The notes beneath the pieces are model-generated. The model did not search any database. It was not told where the DNA came from and saw nothing but the letters and a program-made list of their open reading frames with translations. Positions 1-16,360 of a DNA stretch of 64,000 nucleotides are shown here, in pieces. The stretch's first letter is position 1; every line of letters starts with the position of its first letter. Origin of the DNA: the human T2T-CHM13v2.0 reference genome, Homo sapiens. Made by a program: the position numbers and the translations under genes. The stretch is taken from NCBI RefSeq assembly GCF_009914755.1, contig NC_060932.1, one strand, 5' to 3'.

Positions 1-224
1 AAGTGCAATGCAAATATAGCAAAAAGTTGAGATTTTAAAGATTATGAATTTTCCCCTCTTGTGCTGATTAGTATTTCCTAATCTTTCTAGGACTGCTTTT
101 GTAATAATATAAAAGTAAATACTATTATTAATTTTAAGGTTTTTAAATACAAAATAAAATGATATGAGATACCATTTTGTCCATTAGAATGGCAGAATAG
201 ATCTTTTTACTACCAATAATTCTT

Positions 225-517
225 CTTTTTTTTTCTTGAGACAGAGTCTCGCTCTGTCACCAGGCTGGAGTGCAGTGGTGCGATCTCGGCTCACCGTAAC
301 CTCCGCCTCCTGGGTTCAGGCGATTCTCCTTGCCTCAGCCTCCCGAGTAGCTGGGACTACAGGCATGCGCCACCACACCCAGCTAATTTTTGTATTTTTA
401 GTAGAGACAGGGTTTCACCATGTTGGCCAGGATGGTCTCGATCCCTTGACCTCGTGATCCACCCACCTCAGCCTCCCAAAGTGCTGGGATTACAGGCGTG
501 AGCCACCGCACCCGGCC
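225..517 (-). mobile_element. Alu (AluSc-like)
   Basis: Full dimer; TSD tactaccaataattctt on both sides. Confidence 0.95.
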
Positions 518-1102
518 TACTACCAATAATTCTTATACCTAATATAAAGTCTTACTATATATCCAATAATGTGCTAAGTGATTTATCATTGCCTCATTTA
601 GTCCTGTCAACTCATTTACAGCTGAGAAACTGAGGTTCACAATTAAATAATTTGCTTCAGGTTCTACAGCTAGAAAATGGTAGAGGCCAGCCCACCCAAA
701 CCTCTCAGGTTCCATTGCTTCAGCTGTGACCATTAGGTATACTGTCTCCTGTCCTGCAGATGGTGCTAGGAGACATTATCACATGCAGTGGCTGGAAGAG
801 TAAACTAGTATAATCTTTTTAGAAAGCAATTGTGCAAGACACGTCACGGGCTTTAAAAATGTTCACATTATTTGCAAATAATATCTCTAAGAATATATGC
901 TGAGAAAATAACCTGAGATGTACTCCAAAATGTACGAACAGGATGTTCACAGCATCATTATACATTATAGTGAGAAAGGTGAAAAAAAAAGTCAAAGAAG
1001 GGAAATGGTTAAATAAATTACACTGTTTCTATTTAAAATGGCTTTCAATGACATGGCAAAATCTTACATAAAATAAGTATGATATGAAAGTATATTTCAT
1101 AT

Positions 1103-1419
<317 letters not shown>

Positions 1420-1694
1420 TCATATAAATCTGTTTTATAAAAATATAAAAACCTGTTTACAATGCATGCATAGTAAAAGCACTGGGAGAAATAAACACAG
1501 TTGTTAGTTGTTATTTATTGTGTGATGAGATTACAGATCTTTTAAAAAATTGCTTCAATGTTTTTCATATTTATTATGATGAACACATTATTTTCATCAT
1601 CTTAAAAAATACATTTTCTTATACATGATTCATTCTACAAAAGCCTGATTTCTACTCAACTTTCTAGATTGCACCTGTTGCATCAAAACACCTT

Positions 1695-1943
<249 letters not shown>

Positions 1944-2462
1944 AAAAACACCTTTATTTAAAAGGAGTGTTTTCACATTTTTAGCTTAATTCCTAGAACA
2001 TATAAGTAAATTTTAAAATGTTCCGTATGAACAATATTAATGTTAGTAATGTAACATAATAATTTTAATTCGCATAGGGCCCAAACAGTTAAAATGTAAT
2101 TAGTATTAGAAATAATATTAGAAATTGTTTTATTTGCAGCAAACATCTGTTTATCTTGAATCCAACCCACTGGAAAACTAAGATAAACATAATTATTCCA
2201 TGCTGCACAATTGAAGGGTAATTACTGTTCATAATGAGGACTCTAAGGCATTGCAAGACCCCAAAATGCCTTCTAAGCCACCAAAGAAAGATTGCATTCC
2301 ATTTAGCATAGCTTCCTTGTTAAGACTGTTTTATTGTGCTGAATTCTCTGGAAATTGGCTAACCTACATTTGGCAGGTATAGTTAGTTTCAGTATGCTAA
2401 AATTGTCTATTAATCAGGATGCTTTATTTCCCGATGCTTTTGAGTTAACTATATAGTTATCA

Positions 2463-2942
<480 letters not shown>

Positions 2943-3524
2943 CTACAGATAAGTCAGCTTAGGTCTTTCCATGAGCGAAGAATATGAAGGGAAACCAGCA
3001 CCCCCGCTGCTGAAGACAGGTTGGAAGTCAGAAGAATGTTGGCAAGCCCTAAGTGCAGCGGCAGTCCTGCTGTGGGAACTGCAGGATGCTCTCTGCAGAG
3101 GACAATGGCAGCAGGAACTATTCTTCAGGGCTCCCTGGTGGAAATGCAAGGCACCCTCACCCTGAGAAATGAAAAACAGGACCACAGAGGTTTCAGGTTT
3201 CAGGTCAGCACCCTGTGCAAGGATCACTCACGTTGCCCTTCTTAAGAGTTGCTTTGGGTTTCCTGAAATTACATGGTTGCTACTTGAGAGGTGATTCGGA
3301 GGAAAGAGTTGAGCTGACCAACACACAGAGAAGTTGCCAGCAGGTGGGTGTTCACCTCTGTCTGGAGTCCAAGAGCCACAAGGGAAAAAGGCAAGGTAGT
3401 CAGCATTGCAACTGGCTTGTGCATTTCTAGATCTACCCATGGGCAGACCATGACTGAGCTGTTAGGCCAGTACTTATCCTGGGAGATAACTGTTGAACTA
3501 AGAAATCTGAGGCTAAATATATCC

Positions 3525-3720
3525 ACTTGTGCTGTGCCGTCCACTATAGGAGCCACTAGCCACATGTGGCTATTCAAATTTAAATTAATTAAAATAAAAA
3601 CTCAGTTCCTCAGTTACTCCAGCAACATTTCAAGTGCTCCATAGCCACATGTGGCTAGTGGCTACATATCAGACAGTGCAAATATGGAACATTTCCATCA
3701 TTGCAGGAAGCTTTATTGAA
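3525..3720. mobile_element. MER3/MER33-type hAT-Charlie MITE
   Basis: Internal inverted motif agccactagccacatgtggcta ... tagccacatgtggctagtggct. Confidence 0.8.
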
Positions 3721-4034
3721 CTTATATTGAAGTCAACATTGATATACGATACAGTGGAATACCAGAGCCTCATGAATTTTAAGATAAGAGACAAAACTCA
3801 AAGAACTTTGTGCTTATACCTGGCTGCTTTGAGCCAAGTGTACCTCAAAGTGTACCAGTTTATCCTCCTCTTGCTGGGAGTGCCTCAGCAGGAAAGTTCA
3901 AGAAGCATTACACTTATGGGGCAGCACCCAGACCATGGTAGCAGGCATCTCCCTTATACACTGCTTATCACTTTCATGAACCAGAGAAGTAAGATTTTGA
4001 GATAAAGACTATTCTCGTGGGTTCCTTCTTTTTT

Positions 4035-4722
4035 ATATAATTTTATTTTTTGTTTTTTATTTTTATGGGTACATTTTAGGTGTATATATTTGTGGGGCAT
4101 ATGAGATATTCTGACACAGGCATACAATGCATAATGATCACATCAGGATAAATATGGTATCCATCACCTCAAATATTTATTATTTGTTTGTGTTATAAAC
4201 ATTCCAGTTATACTTTTAGTTATTTTTAAATGTACAATAAGTTATTGTTGACCATAGTCACCCTGTGGTGCTATCAAATACTAGATTTTATTCATTCTGT
4301 CCAACTATATTTTTATATCCATTAGCCATTTCTACCATCCCCACCCCTTTCCACCCTTCCCTGCCTCTGGTAACCTTCCTTCTAACTCTCTGTCTCAATG
4401 AGTTCAATTGTTTTCATGCTTAGGTCCCACAAATGAGTGAGAACATGCAAAGTTTGTCTTTCTGTGCCTGTTATTTCACTAACATAATGTCCTCCAGTTC
4501 CATCCATGTTGTTACAAATGACAGGATCTCATTCTTTTTCATGGCTGAATAGCGCTCCATTGTCTATATGTACCACATTTTCTTTATCCATTCGTCTGTT
4601 GATGGACACTTAGGTTGTTTCCTAATCTTGGCTATTGTGAACAGTGCTGCAACAAACATGGGAGTGCGGAATACCTCAACATAGGGATTTCATTTCCTTT
4701 GGATAAGGAGTGGAATTGCTGG
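4035..4722 (-). mobile_element. L1 3' end (L1MA/L1PB-like)
   Basis: Reverse L1 3'UTR (tttatccattcgtctgttgatggacacttaggttg). Confidence 0.9.
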
Positions 4723-7700
4723 TTGGGCTCCTTCTGTTTCTAAGCAGCTTCTTGCCCACAGGTAATACTTAACTACTCTCAGAAGGAGAAGAGTAAATGA
4801 AATTTTTTTTCTACCCCAGGTCTTCAAGACCCATTTGTCTCAAATCCCCCCATTCTTTGGCTGGGCCAAACCAAAAGGCCTCTAGAGAATCATAGGCAGC
4901 CTTACCCAGTTTCCCCCAGCTTGAAGCTATGTCAGCTCTGCTCAGAAAGGGGCAAATGTTTGTGACTCAAAGGGCTCTTTCCAGAGTAATTTTAGCATTT
5001 ATTAGTCATTGTGTGCTCTAGAATACAAGAGTGTCTCTAAGGACCTCCTGCTTCCTGCGGCCGCTGCTTTAACCTCCACCCCACCTTGGTGAGGTTCATG
5101 CCGCTTGAGAAGAATGCTCTCTAGCCCAACAATTGACTCTATCTCAAGCACAATAAGTTGATCTTTAAAAAAAAATAGGGCTGAAAGTCAAACCTTGTAC
5201 AATAATTCAGACATTTTATAGTGTTGTTCTGATTACATACAATTCCCACAAGAAGGGAAGTACCTTTAAAATAAGGACTATTCAATACTAGTACAGGATT
5301 TCCTCTTGTTGTTGATAATTTCCTCCCAACAGAAGACACAACGCAGTCCAAAGCAAATTCAAAGGAGTTATCCAGAGACAACGCGGCATCTACGTTCTGC
5401 AGGGAACATTGTTCAATCTAATTGATGTTTTCCTTGCAAAGCAATAGAGTGAGTAGGACTATTTTTATCCAGAACAGAATAGGTTCCCCCTAAACTTTTG
5501 ATTCCCCCACCCCCAATGGTCAGAATCACAGCTTGTGCCTTTCCAAAGTCAATGTTTCCGTGAAATAAGTCATAAACAATAGGACAACTTAAATGCCAAA
5601 CTATGTTCTCACTCAGCAGGCAAACCTTCACCAGCTATCACGTTTTGAATTGTGGAAATTCTGGAGCAACATTACATTTTCAATAGATTCTATCTTATCA
5701 GCAGGGATGGTACATAGAAAAGAATTCTCAGCCTTCATGAAGTTAAAATTAGTTCCTCTTTGCTAGAACAGTGATGCAATATTCACTAATCAGTATAAGT
5801 TACCTGTACAGGCTGATGACTTTTAGTTATATATGACTGAGTTCTCCAAGCAGACAATAAACCTTGACTCTTATATATACAACGGCAGTTAATCAGTAAG
5901 CACGTTTTGGCAGAACATTTTTTCAATTTCCTCCTTTCAGTCAGAGAGGCACAATTCAACCTTCACAATTTGGCCTGCCTTTCTAGAAATAAACTAAGGT
6001 TACCCTTGGTCCAATTGCTTAAACATACCCAATGAAGAAGGTGGTTTCTACTTCAGATTGAATTGGGCAAAAGCTATGATTATGGAAAATAAAAATGCCT
6101 AGAAGGGAGAAATTGTAAAAAATTCATAATAGGAAACATCTAAGAGCTCAGCTATCACATGGATTTTTTAGAATGTTAACATGAGAACTCCTTAAAGTGG
6201 AAGGATAGCCCAGAGCTTCCACCAGTCAGCATATGCCAGAGCTCAGTTATAGGCATTCAATAAATGTTTTTGAACGAGTAGATGTGTGATCACATTAGCT
6301 TTTATAGTAATATTAAATATTTTCCAGGTCATACCAGCAGTCTGGTGGTGAAAATAAATTCGCAATAAGCGGAACAAAACACTATTTCTTTGGCTTCATT
6401 TGTTCCCACTACCATGTAAACAGCAGTTAAGAAGGTGGGCTCAAGATTGAGACATACAGGTTAGAATTCCAGCCCCAGTACTTACTAGGTGTGTGCTAGT
6501 TCTAGGCAACTTACTTGCCTTCTCTGGTTTCCTCATCTGTAGACCAGCTACAATAACAGAACCTACCTCATTGTTCAGGGAAGGTTAAAGGAGATGAGGG
6601 ATACAGCGAGCTAACTTAATGCCTGGCCCATGGCAATCATACACTGTTATGAATGATTACATTATGATATGGTATAGATTATTCAACTATCATCATCACG
6701 ATGTTGTTGTGCCAGTTGTGGTAGTTACTCTCAAGCCCGATTTTTCTGGGTCAGTTTCTTTTAGTGTCCCAGGGACAGCTCACATGTTCCTCTAGCCTCA
6801 AGATGATGTTTTTCTCCTCTCCTGCTCAGCAGCTGCTACCAAGCTGCTTGTGTCACCTCAAAGCTGCAGAGACCACAGGGGTGTCTTGTCCTCCCTGAAT
6901 CCTTTCCAGATCCTCTGTGCTCAGAAGACTCCATTCTCGGGGTCTAGGCTGTTCCAATCTCCACCCAGCTTTGAGAGTGACCTGTGGAGAAAATACCTTT
7001 CCTCTCAGATCACATTAGGTTGTGGTTCAGCCTGGGGTTCGCAGCACCATATGGTCCTAGTAAAATGCCTTTTAAATTTTCTGGGCCTTCTTTGTTGAAG
7101 GCCCTGGCATGCGTCCTTGGGGACTGAGCTGGAAGAGAATCTAAACAACAGACACTGGTTGTATTCTAAACAACGCCTCGTTTTCCAAGGCTGCTTGTCC
7201 TTGTTTTTCTCAGTTCCCTCTCCTCTTGAGTACTTTCCGGAAGGTGCCTGAGTCCTTTCCATAAATCGGCTACTTCCCCTGCCTGCATGCTTGGGCAGAG
7301 CCAGCTGGGGTTATCTGACTGAGGGCTCTTGTCCCCACCCGACCCTGCAGCAGAAATGAAGAGCGATTCCTCAAGCCGGAAATTTTGGGTTAAAATATTA
7401 TTAAAATACTATGTGATAAAATGCCAGAGAGCTAGCCCAGATCCCTGCACAAGAATTAGAGGGTTTTAGCAGGTGAAAGATCCAAGCCTCCAACATTACT
7501 ACCTTTATCCAAGGGGACCTCTCACCCAAATTCACCCGAGTTCCCCAAGTAACATTTCTTCAATCTTCTCATTCCCCAACTTTTTGTCCCAGGGTAGCTT
7601 GTCAGATGGGACTTCCAGCCTTGGATACACACTGTTCATATGTCATTATAATTCCTGCACCTTAAGAACTGAAGGGATTTATTTTTCAGTAAGAAAAAGC

Positions 7701-7765
7701 TTTTTGTGGAAGTTTGAACAAAGCCCACTCAGGATAGATCCAGGTTTTCTAGCCCTTGAAATTGA

Positions 7766-8099
<334 letters not shown>

Positions 8100-8100
8100 C

Positions 8101-8262
8101 ATTTTATTTTAAGTTCCGGGATACATGTGCAGGATGTGCAGGTTTGTTACATAGGTAAACATGTGCCGTGATGGTGTGTTTGCTGCACCTAACAACCCAT
8201 CACCTATGTATTAAGCCCCATGTACATTAGCTATTTATCCTGATGCTTTCCTCCCCCAACCT
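8101..8262 (-). mobile_element. Short L1PA 3' end
   Basis: acatgtgcaggatgtgcaggtttgttacataggtaaac signature. Confidence 0.9.
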
Positions 8263-9831
8263 GCCAAGAAAAAATAATTTATTTTTACAAATTGTACAAA
8301 AATATATGACCAGTGGGCACATTGCCAGAGCCCTCCCAGGCTTCAGAAGGAGTCCGTGCAACTGGGGGGCCCTGGAGCCCCACTGTACACCTGCTTCTGA
8401 TTTTACCTGTGTTCCTGATGGCCACATTCCCCTGATGCATTACATACTTGCAGCAAGCACCGTGTAAATACAAACAGAAATGACTCAGAACTTCAGTTGA
8501 TCGTTTTAAAGCTGCAGATAGCCTGTAAGTAGCAGGGAAATGCGCCACTTAAGCTTCATTAACCCTGATGACAGTATGGGAGGCTGACCACAAACACACA
8601 AAAAGGTAAAATGTCGTGTCCTTTAAACTTGGTTTAGCCCAATGTTCTTAATTGTCTGGTAGTCTGGGGCTTTTCTTTGTGTTTGTTAGTTTTAAATTTA
8701 GTTTCTTTGCTGTTACATATGGTGAGAAACGGCCTTTTTTATCTTGTTGCGTTGAGCATTTTTGGAGGTTCCCCTCAGCCTGGAGGGGAGGAGTTGAGTA
8801 TTGTTTTGTTTTGTTTTGTTCCTAAACTCTACAAATAATAGAAGAAATAATATTGTTTGTATTGGGTGCACCTGCTTCCCTAAACCAGAGCGAGGTGTTT
8901 TGTGTGTTTTTTTTTCTCTCCTCCCCCACTCTCCTTTTATCTTGGCTGCATGAGCTTTGTTGTTTGGTGGGAATTTAAGTGGCTCCTGCTTTCTTAGGGA
9001 ACTTCCTATCCCAGGGAATTCAGAAATTCTCCCCAGGGGCCCCCAGAAACTGTATTGTATTATTGCCTCCACTCCACCCCCTTTCCACATAAGCCGCATA
9101 AACATGCACCCAAACACACGAGACGTTTTTAAAGGAGCAAAAGAAACGTAATCCTGCAAAGGTTTCCTGGGAATATGTGCATTTATGAGTGTGCATTTGT
9201 GATTGGAGGTGCTTTGACACTCATGTGTGCATGTTACTTCAGGAGAAATGGAAGTCTGTGTGGTTTTCTGTACGCATTTTCTTTAGTCTTGAATACAACA
9301 AAAGCAAATGCTATAATTTCTTTTCTTGCTCCTTTTGCTCTTCTCCAACTTACAAGACAGCCCCAGGTGATTGGCTCCTTGACCCTCCTTCTTTGACCCA
9401 CACCCATCTTTCCCCAGAGTGAGGCCCTAGACCCTGGTTTGGGGGTCACTGGACAGAACCTACCATAAAGCCCACCCCAGAGACTGTGCTGGGTGCACAA
9501 TGCAGGGAGAAAGGCCGTCAGCCTGTCTAGCCCCATTTTGTGAGTCTGGGTATAGCCAGATTCATGCCCTGCTTCATCTTTGTGACCCCAGCTTGTGGCA
9601 AAGAGCCTCACACATAGGACACACTCAGCAAATATTTATAGCAGGAATGTTGAATGATGTGACTTTGAGCAAGTCACTTTGCGGCCCTGGCTCTGATTTT
9701 CTTCCCAATAAATGAAACAGTTGATCTCTTGAATTCTTTCTAACACTACAATGATTGCTTTGTCCAAAATGGATTTTCATTTATCTCTTTATGTCGGTTA
9801 GCAGTGGAAACAAGTAACAAGAAAAAAATAA

Positions 9832-10082
9832 AGCCAGGCACAGTGGTTCACGCCTGTAATCCCAGCACTTTGGGAGGCAGAGACAGAAGGATCTCTTGAG
9901 TCCAGAAGTTTAAGACCAGCCTGGACAACATAGGGAGATCCTATCTCTAAAACAAAAAGAAAAGGAGAAGTAAAAGGAGAAGGGGGATGGGGAGGAGGAG
10001 GAGGAGGAAAAGGAAAGGAGAAGGAAAAGGAGAAGAAGAAGAAGAAGGAGAAGGAGAAGAAGAGGAGGAGGAGGAGGAGAAT
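9832..10082 (+). repeat. Alu left monomer followed by a (GGA/GAA)n purine tract
   Basis: FLAM-like 9832-9955, then a nearly pure-purine triplet tract. Confidence 0.88.
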
Positions 10083-12337
10083 AGTATCTTAAGATGAAAT
10101 TCCCTCTCATGTAAAAGAAGTCCAAAGGCAGGCTATTTTCGGGGCTCCAAGGTGTCATCAGGGACACGGGAGGCCACCTTTCAGCAATGCCATCCTCACT
10201 CCATGATAGATGCAATCTACCATGCCAGCCGCAGTGTTCTCCTAGATTAGCAGAGAGAGAAAGCCTGGGAAGACAAGTGGGTCCCCTTTGCAGCTGAGCC
10301 CAATTAAGTGCTGTCCTAGAAGTCCTACTTAATATGTTGCTTATATCTCATTGACCAGAATTTAGTCACTTGGCCAGACCTACCTGCAGGAAAGTATACA
10401 TATTCTTTTAACTGGGCATATTGCCCCAAGTAAAAGCCAGGGTCCTTTTACTAAGGAAGAAAAGGAGAATGGATATTGGTGTCAAATAGCAATCTTGCCA
10501 CCCTTGTTCATCATTGTTTGGCCTGGTTTGCAATTTGAGGCAATTGTTCTAGCACTTTCCCCTCCTTTGCAATCTTAAATAAAGGTTTCTCAGATCCTGA
10601 TGGCATTTACACTAGTCCCTGGAAAAATGAGAGAAGAAGAAATAAAAAGATAATGCAGTGTATTTAAAATGCTAACCTTATAATTTAATTTAATTGGCTC
10701 AAAGAACTGCTCTTTTTAATAATTATATCATTTTCTCTCTCATGAAAATTTACTTTTTTGTAAAATGATGTTCATGGCAGATTGCAGTTTATTAATATTC
10801 TTACTTTGAAAAATAAGGCTGTAAACTCTACATCAATAGAATCACCTGAAAAAACAAAAAACAAAAAAAAAAAAAACCCAAAAACCTAGTCCTTTCATTC
10901 GAAAGTCTAGGAACATCGCCTTGGATCATTTCCTTAATTCTCTTTCAGCCTGCATCTCCTGAGAAAGGAGGGTTGAGGAGGGGAGGTTTTAAAATCTTTT
11001 GGCAGGTGTGTCTATGCCCTATCAATAATAACAGAGAAATACAAAACAGAGTTGTGGTTAATTTAGGAAGAAAATATATCTTCTTAGCTCTTGATATCAA
11101 GGGAACAACTTAAAAGAGTGATGTCTTCAAGATACCAGAAATGAGGGTCAGATTCCTGAACTCTGCCTGCCTAAGTTCAAATACTGCCCCAGAATGTACC
11201 AGCTGAGGGATCTTGAACAAGTGACTTAACGTCTTTAAGCCTAATGTTTAAAATCTATAAAATGGGACTAATAATAGAATCTCTCTTAAAAGATTAGTGG
11301 ATTAAATTAGAAAAAAATATAAAGAGCTTTTCTATATATATATATATAGAAAATATATATAAAGAGTCATGGTGCCTGACACCTAGGATCTAGTCAGTAA
11401 TATCACCAATTGTAAGATTTGATTCAGCTAGAATAACTAAAAAGCCAAAATGATTCAATGGCTTAAACACATAAATGTTTCTTTTTCTCTTGTGCAATAA
11501 AACTCCAGAGGCGATCAGTCCAGGGCAGTGCTGGGGACATCAGACATCCAGATATTTCTCTCTTGGCTCCACCATCCTTAGCTCATTGCCTCATGATCCA
11601 GCATAGTTCTGGAGCTTCAGCCAACACACCCATATGCAAGAAGCAGAAAGGGCATTAAAGTGCCCCTCTGCCTCCGCTTTCAAAAAGCACTTCTGATGAC
11701 AGCTAACCAGGTAGAATTTAGTTCCATAATCATACCTAAAATGAAGCAGAGGCTTCAAAGACAGGGTGCATTGCTGCCCTGTATAAAATATTGAGATTCT
11801 CTCACTTAAAAAGGAGAGAATGAGTATTATAGTAGGCATACAATGATCTTTGCTACAGATGTCAGTGTTGTTGATATTGTTATTATTACAGAACATGGGA
11901 CTCTAGAAAAGGGGAGCGGATCAGAGCCAAAGAGTCTGAAGGTCACCAATGTAGCAGGTGACAATTAAAATTACATAAGCAATAAGTCCTAGTGATATAT
12001 TATGCAACATGATGCCTATGGTTAACAAAAATTTGCTAAGAGGGTAGAATTTATATTAGGTGTTCTTGTCATAAAATAATAAAATATAGAGGGCAGGAGA
12101 AAACATTTGGAGGTAATAGCTATGTTTATGGCAAGGAAGGGAAGAAAAAAGAGAAGAAAAAGAAGAAATGAAAAGAGTACAAAATATTTATCAGTAAATA
12201 GATTTCATCGACTTTGGAGGTCTTACAAATCCCAAGTCCTCAGAAAATTAATTTTTCAGTCTAGTGATAAAACAAAGCGTACACACTGGAAGTGGTTGAT
12301 TAGCCAAGTCACACATCCCTGTTTCCAGCTAAGTGAC

Positions 12338-12700
12338 TGTATTAGTCTGTTCTCACATTGCTAATGAAGACATACCTGAGACTGGATAATTATAAAGGAA
12401 AGAAGTTTAATTGACTCACAGTTCCACATGGCTAGAGAGGTCTCACAATCATGGTGGAAGGCAAGGGGTAACAAGTTACATCCTACATGGTGGCAGGGAA
12501 GAGAGAATTTGTGCAGGGGAGCTCCTCTTTATAAAATCATCAGATCTCGTGAGACTTATTCACTACCACAAGGACAGCATGGGTTATACCCGCCCCCATG
12601 ATTCAATTACCTCCCACAGGGTCCCTCCCATGACACGTGGGAATTGTGGGAGGTACAATTCAAGATGAAATTTGGGTGGGGACACAGCCAAACCGTATCG
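12338..12700 (-). mobile_element. THE1-type MaLR solo LTR
   Basis: tgtattagtc...gggtggggacacagccaaaccgtatc; 5-bp TSD GTGAC at 12333 and 12701. Confidence 0.92.
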
Positions 12701-13374
12701 GTGACCAAGAGAATGATCCAGAACATAAGGGAGACAGGAGCACAAAACAGAGAGAAGTCACTGGCCTGGAGGAGACAAGAAAGGAGGTAAGGCTTCTAGG
12801 CTGGATTTTGCAGGACCCAGGGCAGTTGGGACTTTTTATTAGGCATTGGACTAATCCCATATGACTCTTTAGCCATTTTACTACTTAACCAAGCTCTCAT
12901 TAGAATGGCCTTTCTCTCCAGCGAGGGCTCAGTTGCACACAGCCAGCTTCACCCCTGTGTTTCCTTCACAGCTATCGACCACCCTTGCCCAGGAAGATGT
13001 CTGGAAACCATGTGCCTAGAGATGGGCAAGAGGGCAGTGTCCCAGCTGGCTGAGTCGGTGACCAGATTTCATTGTCTTTGGAAAGGAGTCAAGCTCCAAC
13101 TCCACAGAAAAATAACAGGGAGATCAACTCAGAGGAAATAACAGTGAAAATCAGTGAGGACCAGAGTTTATCTCCTACCCACTCTCTTTAATTGCTGGAC
13201 AGAATCTGCTGCTTTTAATATAAGCTTCCCGGGGAAAGAAGGAAAGGGCCAAAGGCCCTGCTTGGCTGTACTCAGGATCAGCTTGAAAACCAACCTCATT
13301 TTCAGCAACCGGCTTCTCCCTGGTTGCATGAACATTTTGTTCGACACGACTCTCCTTCTTTCATTTTCCTAAAG

Positions 13375-13545
13375 CAGCAGTTGCCAACCTTGGCTGCACA
13401 TTAAAAATCACCTGGGAGATCTTTTACAATACTAATGCCACTTTTAGAGCTTTATATTTAATGGGTCTGCTGTGTGAACTGGCCCTCGAGATTATCTAAA
13501 TTTCCCTAGGTGACTCTAATACGCAGCCAGTTGAGAGCTACTGTC
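13375..13545. mobile_element. MER5B-like MITE
   Basis: ccttggctgcacattaaaaatcacctgggag ... ccctaggtgactctaatacgcagccag. Confidence 0.75.
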
Positions 13546-13601
13546 CTGAAGCATTGTTAACAGGACATTTTTGTATATTTAGGGTTGCAAAGGCATAATT
13601 A

Positions 13602-13775
<174 letters not shown>

Positions 13776-15412
13776 TCACTAAAAAAATTTAAAAATGATA
13801 ATATAAATAAATAAATAAAAATCCCGTAGTCAGTCCTCTCCTTTGAGAAAGTCTTCCTAAAGAGAGATTAACAGCAGCTGCAGCTTAATTTTATCCCCAT
13901 GGGACGCTCTCCTCCCCTCAAGGTCATTTTCCTCCCCTCTCTGTCCTCCTGCCCCCAACTCTAGCATTTCTGATATATAAAACTCTGTCATAATACAGTA
14001 AGTAGTGCCCCAAAAACTGCAGGAGCAAATCATTCTGAGGTCAATGAAATGACCCACATGAACCTCTGTAGTTGGCCAGCCAGGAACCTGAAAAACAGGC
14101 TGTGTCATCCAAAATACATTCCATCTGGTGGTAGTTTAACTGTCCAGCTAAAACATCAATAGGAACATTCTGGATGCTCTGGCCTGCTAGGAATTCCGGT
14201 ACTACAGCAGGGATTCCGGGGTCTCTGGGTAGCTGGTAACCCTTCCTTCCACCAGCTCTGGAGAAAGTGGACAGGAGAGCACAGGGAAACCTCTGCCTCC
14301 CAACATCCCACAATGAGGAGCCTCCATTCCCTGATCTTTTGTCTGTGCTCCAGTTCCCTACTCCCCTACTTCCCTACCCACCACTTCACCCCCACCCCCT
14401 TGCAGAAGAGAGCTTTTGGTGAGCCTAAACAAAACTGAGGGGCAAGCCTGCATACCTCAGACACATTATCCCTATTCAACTTCACAAAAACTCCATGAAG
14501 AAGGCTCTGTTCGTATCCTATTTCTCAAAATACAAAAAACTTAAGTAACGTGCCCAGTGTTTTAGCTGGTAACCTGGAATTAAACCAAATTAATTCCAGA
14601 CACTTCTTCATAATAAAAGGGTTTCAGGCTTATGGCCATCTAGATCAGGGACACTAAAGCTTTTGGATGGCATATTCCATAGGACAATTTGGAGGAACTA
14701 CCTCTACATTGTAAAACTGACATCCACTTAATAGAAGAAGCATTTGACAAAATGTAATATTCGTTCATGATTAAAAAAAAACTCTCAACAAAAAAGTATA
14801 GAAGGAACTTAACACAATATAGACAATATATGAAAGGCCCACAGCTAACATCATAATCAATGAGGAAAAGCTGATAGATTTTCCACTAAGATGTGGTATA
14901 AGGATACCCACTCTTACCACTTTTGTTTTCTTTTTTTCCATTCACATGAATGTTCATAGCAGCTTTGGTGGTAATAGCCAAAAATTAGAAGCAATGCAAA
15001 TGTCCATCAGTATGTGGCATATTAATACAATGGCATTACTCAGCAATAAAAAGGAGCAAACTACTTGTACACTCAAGTGAATGAATGAATCTCAAAACCA
15101 AAGAAGCTAGATGTTGTGTGTGTGTGTGTGTACACATCCATCAGATGATGATTCTATTTATATGAAATTCTAGAACAGACAAAACTTACCCTATCATGAC
15201 AAAGTGAAAGCTGATGAGGCCAGTGGCTGCCTGGGGCTAAAGGTGGGAAAGTGTTGCTGCAAAAAGTCATGAGGAAACTGCTGGGGGGTGATGCAAACAT
15301 TCTAGATCTGGACTGTGATGGCAGTTATTTGTCTGGGTAGAGGTATTTGTCAGAACTCATTGATATATATTTTTTAAATGGGCACATTATATTGTATGGA
15401 AATTATACCTCA

Positions 15413-15770
<358 letters not shown>

Positions 15771-15997
15771 ATATATTTTCCATGCTAAAGTAAACTAATG
15801 TGTTTATTTCTTTAAAAAATAATTTTTATCATATTATTCTACACTAGTCTTGGCTGAGATTTTTTTTAAATTAGTATTTTGCAATACATAGCATGGAGCT
15901 ATGAGAAAAGTAGGATGTTCTCCTGAATGATATTAATTTATAGGCATTAAGGAGATCCTTTTTCTTACAATTCTTTTTATGTGGGGCATTGTTTTTT

Positions 15998-16360
<363 letters not shown>

